NCBI GenBank assembly: GCA_951406725.2
Contig: OX597819.1
Location: 72,478,001-72,542,000 of the forward strand
Source: Octopus vulgaris
Taxonomy: Eukaryota
Length of the DNA: 64,000 nt
Direction: 5' to 3'
This document shows positions 13,647 to 26,283 of this stretch, piece after piece. Within the stretch, counting starts at the first letter, position 1; each line of letters begins with the position of its first letter. The notes beneath the pieces were generated by a model. That model had not been told where the DNA came from. It made no database searches and saw nothing but the letters and a program-made list of their open reading frames with translations. Position numbers and translations under genes: made by a program.

Positions 13647-14315
13647 TCAGGTCATCCCATAAGTTCTGTCTGATTTTACCTTTTTTTAAAAATTGAATGA
13701 AATTTAATACTATTTTAAAATGTCTAATGGAATTTAAGATTATTTTTATGTATTTGTGTACATTTAAACTAATTAAATATTATTTTACAGAATAATAGAA
13801 TTAAAATTTTTATTTGTTTAAAACCCTTTCTAACATATAAGTATCCAAAGAGCATTTAAAGCACATAATGCTTTATGTGTACAAAAAAAAAAGAAACTCT
13901 GCAGCCGAAGCGACTCGAAACACACACTCCGTTTATGGAAAAGAATGCTTGAATGAAAGAACTTGCAGAAGATGGTTGACAAAATTCAGAGGTAGAGATT
14001 TCGGCCTTGAAGATGAAGATCGAACAGGACGTCCAGTTGAGTTTGAAGCATTACTTGAAGAAAATCCTGCATTATCAGTTGAAGAATTGGCAATAAAGCT
14101 TAGTTCAAACCATACAACTGTTCTTCGTCATCTTTAACAACTTAGGCGCAGGAGTGGCTGTGTGGTAAGTAGCTTGCTAACCAACCACATGGTTCCGGGT
14201 TCAGTCCCACTGCGTGGCACCTTGGGCAAGTGTCTTCTACTATAGCCTCGGGCCAACCAAAGCCTTGTGAGTGGATTTGGTAGACGGAAACTGAAAGAAG
14301 CCCGTCGTATATATG

Positions 14316-14349
<34 letters not shown>

Positions 14350-15349
14350 CGTGTGTGTTTGTGTTTGTCCCCCTAGCATTGATTGACAACCGATGCTGGT
14401 GTGTTTACGTCCCCGTCACTTAGCGGTTCGGCAAAAGAGACCGATAGAATAAGTACTGGGCTTACAAAGAATAAGTCCCGGGGTCGAGTTGCTCGACTAA
14501 AGGTGGTGCTCCAGCATGGCCGCAGTCAAATGACTGAAACAAGTAAAAGAGTAAAAGAGTAAAGAGTTACTTGGAAAGGTTCCTAAACTTGGAAAATGGG
14601 TGCCTCGTGAATTGCCCGAAAGCAACCGCAAATCCCGAGTTGACATCTCTTCTCTCCATTCTCGCGAACTCAGTTCACCCTTTTTGGATAGACTTGTGAC
14701 GAAAAATGGATCTTCTATTGAAATATTAAACGTTGTAAACAGTGGTTTGATAAAAGGGAAAAAGCTCAACCACAACCGAGAAGGGAACTTCATGGAAAAA
14801 AAGTTCTTCTCTCTATTTGGTGGGATTGCAAAGGAGCAATTCACTTTTAATTGTTACCACCTAATGCAACAGTCAATGCTCAAGTCTACTGTCAGCAATT
14901 AGAGCGTTTGAACCAAGCTATGAAGAAAAAAAAGACCCACTTCAGTGAATCGAAAAGGAGTGATATTTCATCAGGACAATGCGCGACCCCACACTGCAAA
15001 GATCACATCACAGAAGATCGAAGAGCTTGGTTGGGAAAAAAATTCCTCATCCACTTTATTCTCCCGACCTTGCTCCTTCAGACTACCATTTATTTTGTAG
15101 TTTACAGAATCATTTGGGGGACATAACTTTCGCAAGCCAGGAGGAGGTCGAAACTGACATTTCAGAGTTCTTCGCTATGAAACCAAAAAGAGTTTTACAT
15201 TGTTATGATTAAAAAAGCTTGTAAATAGATGAAAAGAAGTCTTAGATAATCAGAGAAAGTATATTGATGATTAAATTTCAATTAAATATAACATTTGATC
15301 ACTTATTTTCTTAATTCATAATTCGGACAGAACTTATGGGATGACCTGA
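13647..15349 (+). mobile_element. Mariner transposon, full length but decayed, with a SINE insertion
   Basis: TIRs TCAGGTCATCCCATAAGTTCTGTC / GACAGAACTTATGGGATGACCTGA; TA TSD; HTH region, HQDNA and HPLYSPDLAPSDYHLF motifs. Confidence 0.92.
14144..14565 (+). mobile_element. tRNA-headed SINE, family A, full length
   Basis: GGCGCAGGAGTGGCTGTGTGG head, GGTTCAGTCC B-box-like motif, (GTAAAAGA)n tail. Confidence 0.88.
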
Positions 15350-15459
15350 TATATGCATGAGAAACATACATAAAACAAAGCATACAAATCTGCACATATA
15401 CATACATGCATGCATACATACTTACATGCATACATAAATTCATACATACATACATACAT

Positions 15460-15510
<51 letters not shown>

Positions 15511-16010
15511 CATACATACAAGCAAAAGTACCCTGTTGTTGATGTTGAAATTCTAATGTAGGAGCCTTAGATCTAGGTTAGTAACTGACTCTTTCTTTAT
15601 TGGCAAGAAATCTTGAAATAAAATTAAACAATGACATACATACATACATACATACATACATACATACATACATACATACATACATACATACATACATACA
15701 TACATACACCTAAATTCCTATGAAAGCTTGTTTCTAGGTTAGGAACCGGCTCTTTGTTGGTGAGAAATTTTTAAAATAAAACCAGAACATACATACCTAT
15801 GTAAATTCTTATCTATGATGCGTGTGTGTGTGTATGTGTGTGTGTATGTGAACGTATGTTTATGAGAAAGAGTGAATATGTGTGCTTCTGTGTGTGTGTG
15901 TGTGTGTGTGTGCACACTGCTACAATTGAGATTATAAATAGATATGTTTGGAAAATGCATACATTTTTCCAGTCTCCCTCTTCGTCTCTCTCTACATGTG
16001 TGTGTGTGTG

Positions 16011-16068
<58 letters not shown>

Positions 16069-16134
16069 GGAGTAAACACATAAATGTGAAACAAGGTGGA
16101 AAAAAGAGTACTCAAATACCAGTGGTAGAGTAAT

Positions 16135-17063
16135 ATGCTTTATTTAAAGCAGCAGAAAATTCAACAAAATCTGTTACTCTGAGTTTCTCGTTGCCGTTAA
16201 TCAGACAGTTTTTCCTAGAATGGAACCGATATATCAATTCAATCTAGACTCTTACAAACGCTACACCTTTAAAAAAAATGGACTTGCTTGATTGGCCCTT
16301 TAGAAATAACGGTCAATCTTCGAGCGATAAACAAAAAAAGCTCAAAAATATATGTATATATATATATATAAAAAATTATAAAAATTATAAAATTCGAGGA
16401 AAAAACCTTACATTGAATAAAATACATATTGACGTTAATGAAGAAAGTATAATTAGTGCATAGAAATTAAAACCTATTATAAATATTACACTGCAATACA
16501 TATTTATATTAAAGTGTACATATATATATCAACATACACAGAAGGATGCGTGCAAACGCCATACATATACAGACGTATAAATATAAATCTAAAATATACA
16601 CATAAATGCATGCGTACATATATGCACGCAATCTATCTCGCACGCAAGTTAAAAATCATCGATGTAGCGATTCTCATATACTGAGTAAAGCTTCCTTTCT
16701 CTCTTTTTTTCTCTAACTGATACTGATGCAACTTTACGTACCCCTTACTTAAGCTTTACTCAGTATATGAGAATCGCTACATCGATGATTTTTAACTTGT
16801 GTGCGAGATAGATTGCGTGCATATATGTATGCATGCATTTATGTGTATATTTTAGATTTATATTTATACGTCTGTATATGTATGGCGTTTGCACGCATCC
16901 TTCTGTGTATGTTGATATATATATGTACACTTTAATATAAATCTGTATTGCAGTGTAATATTTATAATAGGTTTTAATTTCTATGCATTAATTATACTTT
17001 CTTCATTAACGTCAATATGTATTTTATTCAATGTAAGGTTTTTTCCTCGAATTTTATAATTTT

Positions 17064-17141
<78 letters not shown>

Positions 17142-17356
17142 TTTTTGAGCTTTTTTTGTTTATCGCTCGAAGATTGACCGTTAATTTCTAAAGGGCCAAT
17201 CAAACAAGTCCATTTTTTTTAAAGGTGTAGCGTTTGTAAGAGTCTAGATTGAATAGATATATCGGTTCCATTCTAGCAAAAACTGTCTGATGAACGGCAA
17301 CGAGAAACTCAGAGTAACAGATTTTGTTGAATTTTCTGTTGCTTTAAATAAAGTAT
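16135..17356. repeat. Long fold-back inverted repeat (arms about 560-600 bp, spacer about 57 bp)
   Basis: 16135-16693 is the reverse complement of 16750-17356, with a few substitutions and different (AT)n length. Confidence 0.92.
17281..17322 (+). ncRNA. Minimal type I hammerhead motif
   Basis: CTGT-CTGATGA-ACGGCAACGA-GAAA-CTCAGAG-TA-ACAG. The mirror copy at 16169-16210 has a mutated core (CTGATTA). Confidence 0.75.
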
Positions 17357-17822
17357 ATATATATATATATATATATATGGTTATAAAATGAGATAGGGGT
17401 TGAAAATTCAACCCACCATGGGATAACATATATCCAATATACTGCTAGATAGGTACCCAACAAGGCTAATACATAGATGTTAAAAATTGCCAAACAATCA
17501 GTTCATCTATTGTATTATATGGGCAAAGGTAATAATATTACCGTAAATTAATACTACAAAATTAGAAAATGGAGAAACATACTTAAATCAATAAAACATC
17601 AACTATCAGATGATACCCAATCAATACTTTATTACACCATTACATATCAGTAAAGGCATTATACAAAATATACAGTAAATGTAAATAGACAAGGAAATAT
17701 AAGTATAAAATATAAAATATAATATGTAATTAAATCATATCTGACAGCTAAAAGTATTGATTGGGTATCATCTGATAGTTGATGTTTTATTGATTTAAGT
17801 ATGTTTCTCCATTTTCTAATTT

Positions 17823-17857
<35 letters not shown>

Positions 17858-18162
17858 AAATACATATATAGATAGATAAATAAGTATGTATATATATATG
17901 CATATGTGTATATATATAAACACACACATATATATATACATATATATACATATGTATATATGTATGTATGTATGTAACCATATACATATATATGTATATA
18001 TACATATGTATATATATATATATATATGTACGTATGCATATACATATTTATATATATACATATATATATACATATATATACATATATATATACATATATA
18101 TATACATATATATACATACATGCATATATATATGCATATGTATACACACATATATATATATA

Positions 18163-18275
<113 letters not shown>

Positions 18276-18289
18276 TGTATATAAAAAAA

Positions 18290-19263
18290 AACATGAGAGA
18301 CTTATGAGAGACTCAAATGCCCGGATAGCCACTCTGGCCAGCTATGCAGACGATACGAAAGTCCCGCAGAAAATACAGAACCCCAGCGATGTTGCACACC
18401 TGCAGCAGGAGTTGGACTCAATCTACAGATGGGCTGAGGATAATGATATGCAGTTTAATGCTGAAAAATTCCAATTCCAGGCCCTGCGCTACCAGCATCC
18501 AAAACCGAATATTAAACTTACAGGATACACCGGTCCACAGGGAATTTCAATCCCAGAGCCTAAGTCTGTGAGGGACCTGGGTATCGACATGAGTGATGAT
18601 ACCTCTTTCCAAGTGCACATTACCAGGATGACGACAAAGTGCAGACGACTGGCTGGGTGGATCCTAAGAACATTCAGAACCAGAGATAAGGAAACCATGA
18701 TGGTCCTCTGGCGGACATTCGTCCTCTGTCGCCTGGATTACTGCTCACAGCTATGGTCACCCACCAGTGTAAAATTAACAGCGGACCTTGAAGCAATCCA
18801 GAGAAGATTCACAAAGAAGATCGTCTCTTTGCAACAGCTCAGCTACTGGGAAAGGTTGAAACAGCTAAGACTCTACTCCCTGGAGAGAAGACGGGAGAGC
18901 TATGCAGTGATATATGTCTGGAATATCCTGGAAGGAATTGTGCCAAATTTTGGCATTGTAAGCTACACCAATGCTAGAACGGAACGACACTGCATAGTGC
19001 CAAAGATCCCAGCAATGCCATCACGCTTCAGGACCAGCTTCTGCAACAGCTTGGGTTTCAAGGGCCCACAGCTTTTTAATATTCTCCCAAAGAGTCTGAG
19101 AAACTCGCACAAAGTAGATGTAGCGGTTTTTAAATCAAAGCTGGACAACTTCCTGTCAAGAGTCCCAGATGAACCTACCTCACGGCAAGAGGTGCAAATG
19201 AGAGTAGCTGTATCAAACTCCATTCTTCACCAAGTGCCACATATTAGACGAGGTTCGTCGTAA
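18290..19263 (+). mobile_element. CR1-group LINE RT C-terminal fragment, open frame
   Basis: YADDTK, MQFNAEKFQ, VRDLGI, LDYCSQLWSP, LYSLERRRE; 5'-truncated within (AT)n. Confidence 0.9.
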
Positions 19264-19342
19264 TAACAGTGTAGCACAAAACGGCGGTGCATCAGCATGG
19301 CCGCAGCTCTGAGCTGAAACTAGAAAAACAAATGTATGTATG

Positions 19343-19422
<80 letters not shown>

Positions 19423-19445
19423 GTATATATGTGCGTATATACATA

Positions 19446-19524
<79 letters not shown>

Positions 19525-19989
19525 TAGCCAGACAGACAGACAGACAAATATGGATGTATGGATATTCCAGGCAAAATGCTTAGCGGCATTTCGTCTGTCT
19601 TTATATTCTGAGTTCAAATTGCACCGAGCTCGTCTTTGCATTCCATCCTTTCGGAGTCAATAAAATAAGTACCAGTTGTGTACTGGTTGTCAATGTAATT
19701 GACGAGTCCCTTGCCATAAAATATCAATGCTTGTTGCTATAACAGAGAGAGTTGTTATTGGTTTCAAATTCTTGCACAGGACCAGCCATTTAGAAAGAGA
19801 AGCAATTCGATTACATTGACCCCAGTATGCGAATGGTACTTATTTTATCGCCATCGAGAGGATGAAAGGCAAAGTTAACCTCAACGAAATTGGAACTCGG
19901 AATGTAAAGATGGATGAAATTACGCTGAGCATTTTGTCCGGTATGCTCACAATTCTACAGATCCCTGCCTTCCAGAGAATTATTATTAT

Positions 19990-20503
19990 ATAAAGTGATG
20001 GTATGTTGTCAACTTAATGTGATAGTCCCATGAAAGGGAAGAATGCTACTGCTATTTAGCCCTAAGAAATACCGTTGCCAGTTGGCCATGACACTGTGTC
20101 CTTATGTTTTCAAAGTGGAGACAAGCACCTCCACCCAACAAAGCCAGCATTCAGAGACTAGTTTCAGAGTCATTGCTCATCATCAGTCTGGAGTAGCATG
20201 GCTTGCCAGCTGTCGATGCCTATCTGCCTTTGAAAACATATATTTCAAGTGAAATGCATTCAAAGGCGGATAGGCATCGACAACTAGCAAGCCATGCTAC
20301 TCCAGACTGATGATGAGCAATGACTCTGAAACTAGTCTCTGGATGCTGGCTTTGTTGGGTGGAGGTGCTTGTCTCCATTTTGAAAACATAAGGACACAGT
20401 GTCATGGCCAACTGGCAACGGTGTTTCCTAGGGCTAAATAACAGTAGTATTCTTCCCTTTCATGGGACTGTCACATTAAGTTGACAACATACCATCTCTT
20501 TAT
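19990..20503. repeat. Inverted repeat (arms about 245 bp) of a PLE pseudo-LTR-like family
   Basis: 19990-20234 versus 20259-20503, moderately diverged. Confidence 0.9.
20301..20343 (+). ncRNA. Minimal type I hammerhead motif (mirror copy on - at 20150-20192)
   Basis: TCCAGA-CTGATGA-TGAGCAATGACTCT-GAAA-CTAG-TC-TCTGGA: 6-bp stem I, palindromic CTAG stem III, GUC site. Confidence 0.82.
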
Positions 20504-21189
20504 CGTGCTGCTACTGCATAAATCTTTATGAGAGATTTAGAAATATAATATTTTTATATTATTATATACTTGACCATGTAGCTAGATCAACAGGGCACCA
20601 GCTGAACCCAAACTAGGTCTCTGTCCCATCTCAATTCCCAAATAGCTTCCCCGCCACCTTTTATGTACATCATGTCTTTCGTTATCACAAGGGTCTGATT
20701 TCAATGTCAAGCTCGACACCTTCTGTCATATATTCGCTGAACCCCACTAAGCCTTGTTTAATAAACTGAGAGGAAGAAAGCTATGCGGAAGCCTATGAGA
20801 GGCGCATACTGGTCATTCTTGTCGTGTCTCGGTTTGCTTGAGGCAAGTACATTGGTCCAGTGGCCCTGGAAAGACATGGAGGTGACCCAGATAACTGATT
20901 GACCCTTCCTTGGCTCTGTGAGCCCGACAGATTCCTTGAAACATGAGAACGCAATTCCCTGAACCATCTCACCCTGGTCAACTTGGAGCCCGAAAGCTGT
21001 CGTCTCCCGCGTGTTCTGTTTTGGGAGCTTTCTCTCGGAAGTCCTTACTCGAGGATTATGTTAAGAGGTCAAGGGATAGAAACGCCTGCGGAGTATACAG
21101 CCACTTATACTTATGATTTAATTTATTGCTCATACAGCTGGAATAGTCAGCGCCGAGAGCGATGCAAGATCATTATATTTACAAAGAGG

Positions 21190-21269
<80 letters not shown>

Positions 21270-21299
21270 CACGCACAAGATATATATACTATCTATCTA

Positions 21300-21876
21300 T
21301 CTATCCGCTCAGTCGAAGTTGACTCTCGGTTACTCGATGGATCAGTGTCCTCCAGTCAGTTCTATCCTGGGCCGCTTCTTTCAGATTGGCTATGTCCATT
21401 CCGGTATCACTCTTGATAGTGTCAAGCCAGCGGGTTCTTGGTCGGCCTCTTCCTCTCTTGCCACTGACCATTCCGAGCATGATGTCCTTCTCCAGGGATT
21501 TTCTCCGCATAATATGACCAAAATATGCCAATCTATGCTTGGTGATCCTAGCTTCTAGCGACATTTTCGGCCTGATCTGCTTAAGAACTTCTCCATTGGT
21601 GAGCCTCGCTGTCCATGGAATCCGTAAAAGTCTTCTCCAACACCAAAGCTCGAATGCATAAATTCTCTTCTGGTCAGCTTTCTTTAGTCTCCAGGTCTCG
21701 CATCCATATGTTGCTATTGGGAAGACAATTGCATTCCCCAATCTGCATTTGGTAGAGAGTCTGATGTCTCTACTCTTCCAGACCCTGCTCATGCTGACCA
21801 TTGCCTCTCTGCCTAGTACTATCCGCCGTCTTATTTCTGGAGTGCAGTCACCATCTCGATTTATTTTGGAGCCACA
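21300..21876 (-). mobile_element. RTE (BovB-like) LINE 3' fragment
   Basis: YGCETW, AFELWCWRRLLRIPWT, YFGHIMRR, GKRGRGRPRTRW; ends in (GATA)n. Confidence 0.9.
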
Positions 21877-21880
21877 CACA

Positions 21881-22100
21881 TCTATTATATAAAATCCGTT
21901 CTGTCTGTCTGTGTGTGTGTTTTCTATGATCTCGGGCATCCTCCACCCGATTGCGCTCAAATTTGATATGTAGACGGTATGTATAAGTCTTGAAAAAATT
22001 ACAAAAATCGATTCCAGGTGAGAATGCGATCGATAAAGCCATTTTGTCCTGCTTTTCTTCCGTCAACCTGTACATAACTGCACCTTCCATTTTTTGTTGT
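21881..22100 (+). mobile_element. Non-autonomous Helitron 5' end
   Basis: TCTATTATATAAA start followed by (CTGT)n and a motif similar to the 5' end of the 25738-26279 element. Confidence 0.5.
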
Positions 22101-22420
22101 TTTTGTACTGCTTAAAGGCACGTTTCTTTCCTGCCAAGCTTACTGTCTAAACTATGTTTGTGTTCTCTCAGTCAACAGCTTTATCATTACTGGTACTTTA
22201 AACTCTTCGATTGCATATTTGCGTGAATAAAATCGTTTTTCTTTGGAATGGGAAAAAAATTTATCTTTATTTCTTCTTTTGCTGGTGTCTCAAATTTAGG
22301 TTAAATCAGTGTTTCTCAAAGGGGGGGCCTATGGGACGGTCGGACAAGTTGTTTTGAGAAAATTTTGTTTAGATGTTTGACAACTCAGCACCGTCCATTG
22401 GACGGGGGGCGTTTTGCTCG

Positions 22421-22485
<65 letters not shown>

Positions 22486-22605
22486 AACATAATATATGTA
22501 TAAACATATGTATATAACATTATATATATATAAATATACATAATATAATACTTTATACACATACATACATACATACATACATACATACATACATACATAC
22601 ATACA

Positions 22606-22637
<32 letters not shown>

Positions 22638-23490
22638 ATATATAACGCATGGTATGTACGGTGTCAAGAGCCACCGTGTACACACTTAATTAGGTAATAT
22701 ATTCTCGTAGCAAGGTGAAGCTCTGCCGAGGGCAACCAGTGACAAGCAACCTGTGAATTGGAGGTGTTGCAACTAAGTCAACACCCTTCCAGCCATTGAA
22801 CACATTGTTGTAACTCATTCCTTTAATTCTCCTTGGCGTGTGAAATAACAAACATTGTTTACAATGTGTGTGTGTGTCTGTGTCTTGCTACTATGGCGTC
22901 CGATATAAGCTCTACATTTTTGCCGTTGAATGAAGGGCGTAAAACGACAAATTGTATTTTTCATTTATTTATTTACGTTGTAGTTGTCATAGGGAGTGGG
23001 AGTAAAAGGTAGGGCGAAAAAGAGTAAGCTGGACAAAGAGAGAAAGAGTGAGAGAGAGAAGTGGAAATATAGGAGCGAGTAAAAGAGAGCAAGATAAAGA
23101 GGAGAAACAAAGAGAGAGAGAGAGGTGAGGGCAATATGGATATGCGTATGTGTGGGTGTATGGGCGGGTGAGTGAGAGAGTGAGAGTGAGAGACAGACAG
23201 ACAGACAGACAGACAAAGCGTATGGTGAATGTACGAACGAACGAGCGGAATAATGGAGAAAAGAATATAAAACGAATGGAATAATGGAGAAAAGGAAATA
23301 GAACGAACGAAGAAATAAAGAAATTAGTTTTCAAAAGATTGAAACAGAAAGAAAGAAAAAACAGAAAACGAAACGAGAAAAGAACGACAAACTAATATTC
23401 CTAACGAACAACGAGAATGAACAAAGTTCGGAAACCAATCTTCATGTCCCGTTGTTGCTTGTTCTTTCAGACATGTTAGAAACACTTGTT

Positions 23491-23927
23491 GGATCTTTTC
23501 GGTTTGAACGGCAGTTTTTTCTAGAGGTATCATATGAAATTGTCACCCATAATTATGACCCTAGTATCGATCTATTGCATCTCAATCTGTTTTAGGGTTA
23601 GGGTTAGTTAGGGTTAGGGTTAGGGGTGGGGGAAAGGTATCTTTTTTTTCTTCACAAATGTAAATAAATCCAATCTGTTTCTTAAACGAGGGACATATTC
23701 ATACGGCACAGAATGTTTTTTTTTTTACCTCAATGGACGTCATTGATTGGTTGACATTGCAGAAATTGAAGAAAAAAACAACAAATATCTTACAAACTAT
23801 AGAATTTTCTCAATAAAGCCAAGAGAAAAAGATGTTTTATAAACACATTCTACCAGTATACGAAGTTTAAAATTTTTTAGTTACCTAGAAATTATGTTAA
23901 AAACTGCCATTCAAACCGAAAAGATCC
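23491..23927. mobile_element. MITE with ~29-bp TIRs, 8-bp TSD and internal (TTAGGG)n
   Basis: GGATCTTTTCGGTTTGAACGGCAGTTTT ... AAAACTGCCATTCAAACCGAAAAGATCC; flanks CACTTGTT / CACCTGTT. Confidence 0.85.
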
Positions 23928-24694
23928 CACCTGTTTAACTGTCTTTCGGTTTTTCGTTTTTTCTTTTCTGTGTCTTGAGCCACAGAATTCAAAACATCGG
24001 GACTTAATCCGGTGATGTGTCAATGTGAGGACACACTGAACAGTTGTCCAGGGGCCTCACGGGCCTAAGGGTTCAATTCTGGTAAATGTACGTTATAACT
24101 TACTGTCAGTAAGTAAATATTATAGGGCCCAGCGCAGTGAGTTGCACAGCCGCATATGGGGCTGCCAAGAGGGCCCTGACTTAACTCGGTTTCAATGGTA
24201 TACAATTGACTGAGATTACGAACTGACATTAATCCATCTCAGAGTTAACTTCCCATTTATTACTGAAACTCATTTTACAGCTGAGAGGTCTGAAGTAATA
24301 TAAAATGGAGTGTTTTGCTGAAGAACACAACGCATCGCCCGGCCCAGAACTCGAAACCCCGATCTTACAGTCGTGAACGTAACATCCTAACCACTAGGCT
24401 ATGCGCCTTTATGTCATATTGCAACGGAGGTAAATACAAGTTTATAAGCTGAAAACAGCATTGTATTTTAGTTTTCCCACGCAAAAATAAACGCGATGGA
24501 TACTCTAAAAATCTAATGATCCAAACCGTAACAATACAAAACAATTACGATAATAGTTTTTCGTTATATATATATTCTTTTACTTGTTTCAGTCATAAGT
24601 TACAGGGACGTGAACACACCAGCATCGGTTGTCAAGCGATGGCGGGGTGGCAAACACAGACATACACAGTCTATATTTTTGAGACGAGGAATTA

Positions 24695-25445
24695 TGTACA
24701 CAATGGCAAAGGAAAAAGACAATCAGCTGCCATTCCTGGATGTATTAATAACGCGCACTGAGTATGGGTTCAGGACATCCGTATACCACAAGCCAATCTT
24801 CACTGGACGATACCTCAACTTCAATTCCCACCTTCCATACAGTATAAAGATAGGGATTTCTCAGTACCTAAAACATCGAGCAAAGAATATAAGTTGCGAT
24901 TACTGATACACGCCACGAAGAAATGATCAGGCTAAGAAACAATCAAATACGCAACAACTACCCAGAAAACATACTCTCCACTCCAATTAGGAAGAGGAAA
25001 GAGGTTGAAACCCATAAACTGACCACGGTCTGTCTACTCTATGTGAAAGACCTCTCGGAAAAGATACAAAAGATATGCGGTCCATACGACATCAGAGCAG
25101 TATTCAAAAGTAATACAACACTTCGCAAATATCTCCTCCGAGTAAAACCACCCAGAGAAGAGAACATGACCAAAGGGTGTATGTGCTCCATCCGATGTAG
25201 TTGCGGTAGGTTATACGAAACATACTGCCCACTAAGAATAAGGATAGAGGAACATCGTTAAGGTGTGACACGAGGAGATATTGATAAATCGGGTATAGCT
25301 GATCTTGTATGGAAAAATGGAGACCACTTCCCCCTCCGGGATGAAGTTAAAATAATAGACAGAGAACACCACTGGAAAATAGGAAAACTAAAAGAGGCAG
25401 TACATATGGTAGGACACAATAATCTCCTAAGCAGACCTAGTGCAT
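24695..25445 (+). mobile_element. Penelope-like element: RT C-terminus plus GIY-YIG endonuclease, decayed
   Basis: EKDNQLPFLDVLI, TSVYHKP, RYLNFNSH, then CSIRCSCGRLY-ET-PLRIRIEEH and KSGIAD; 5'-truncated inside a SINE. Confidence 0.88.
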
Positions 25446-25448
25446 ATA

Positions 25449-25515
25449 GCAGCATATAGTGTAGTGGATAAGAGCGCGGGCTACCAACCCTCGGATTCTG
25501 AGTTCAATCCCAGGT
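25449..25515 (+). promoter_or_regulatory. tRNA-like internal Pol III promoter at the PLE 3' end
   Basis: A box TAGTGTAGTGG 25457-25467 and B box GTTCAATCC 25502-25510 at tRNA-like spacing. Confidence 0.6.
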
Positions 25516-25635
25516 TGAGATTTGGGAAACAAAATCAACAGAAAAAATAACATCAGCAAGAACAAAAAAAAACTTAGGAATGAGAACAGAGTACCCTATT
25601 AGTCAAATAAGGGGTTAGGTTTGAGATTCCACTAG

Positions 25636-25680
25636 AACACCTGATGAAGGCTGGAGAGTACATCAGCCGAAATGTTGTGG
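25636..25680 (+). ncRNA. Minimal hammerhead motif in the PLE pseudo-LTR
   Basis: CAC-CTGATGA-A-GGCTG..CAGCC-GAAA-TGTT-GTG, about 190 bp after the GIY-YIG ORF. Confidence 0.75.
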
Positions 25681-25737
25681 CAACAGCACACAAGGTGAGA
25701 ACACCTATCCACACACAAATATATATATATATATATA

Positions 25738-26279
25738 CTAGCATTAAAGACCCGTCGTTGCCGGGTCATAGTGCTAGTGCATGTATATATGTGTATATAT
25801 ATGTGTACATATTACATGTACATCTATATATATATACATCTACACATAAAATACAAAATACAAAGTTATATCTTGATATCGCTAGTGATAATAATACTCA
25901 AAATATATAACAGACTGGAATTGTTAGCCCGTCTCTTGTAATTTCGATCAATTGTATCTTGTCCTCCCTCTTGTATAGAAGTGTGGCTACAATCCAGCCT
26001 ACCTCTACTTCGGGGGTGGGCATTAAAGATTTTTTTTGCGGGACGTCCCACGTCCCAGATATAAAGGTAAAAATAAAATATTTCCACTTTGCAAGTTCGA
26101 GCCGAGTACTCCCTTGCACGCTCCGTTGACTCGAACCTTGCTTCTATTGCTTCTAAGTAAGGCATGTGTAAAATTTGAATGAAATTGGTTGTGTAGTTCT
26201 CAAGTTTTAGGAAAACACACAGACAGACAGACAGACAGACACACACACACACACATTCTCAGTTATATATATATAAAGA
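25738..26279 (-). mobile_element. Non-autonomous Helitron
   Basis: Minus strand has 5' TC start with (CTGT)n, a 3' hairpin GACCCG..CGGGTC and a CTAG end, between A and T. Confidence 0.75.
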
Positions 26280-26283
26280 TATA

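Larger units (their letters stand above)
13359..15635 (+). mobile_element. 5'-truncated RLE (R2/R4-like) non-LTR retrotransposon, split by a mariner
   Basis: YAELLRNLQLLYPDYKFMFIPVLIGALG is an RLE C-terminus; flanked by (TACA)n on both sides. Confidence 0.7.

Noticed and set aside
14965-14980. TCATCAG as a minus-strand HHR core
   Set aside because: It is the mariner FHQDN coding sequence, with no supporting stems.
23592-23633. Telomere or chromosome-fusion site
   Set aside because: Only a few units, lying inside a TIR/TSD-bounded MITE.
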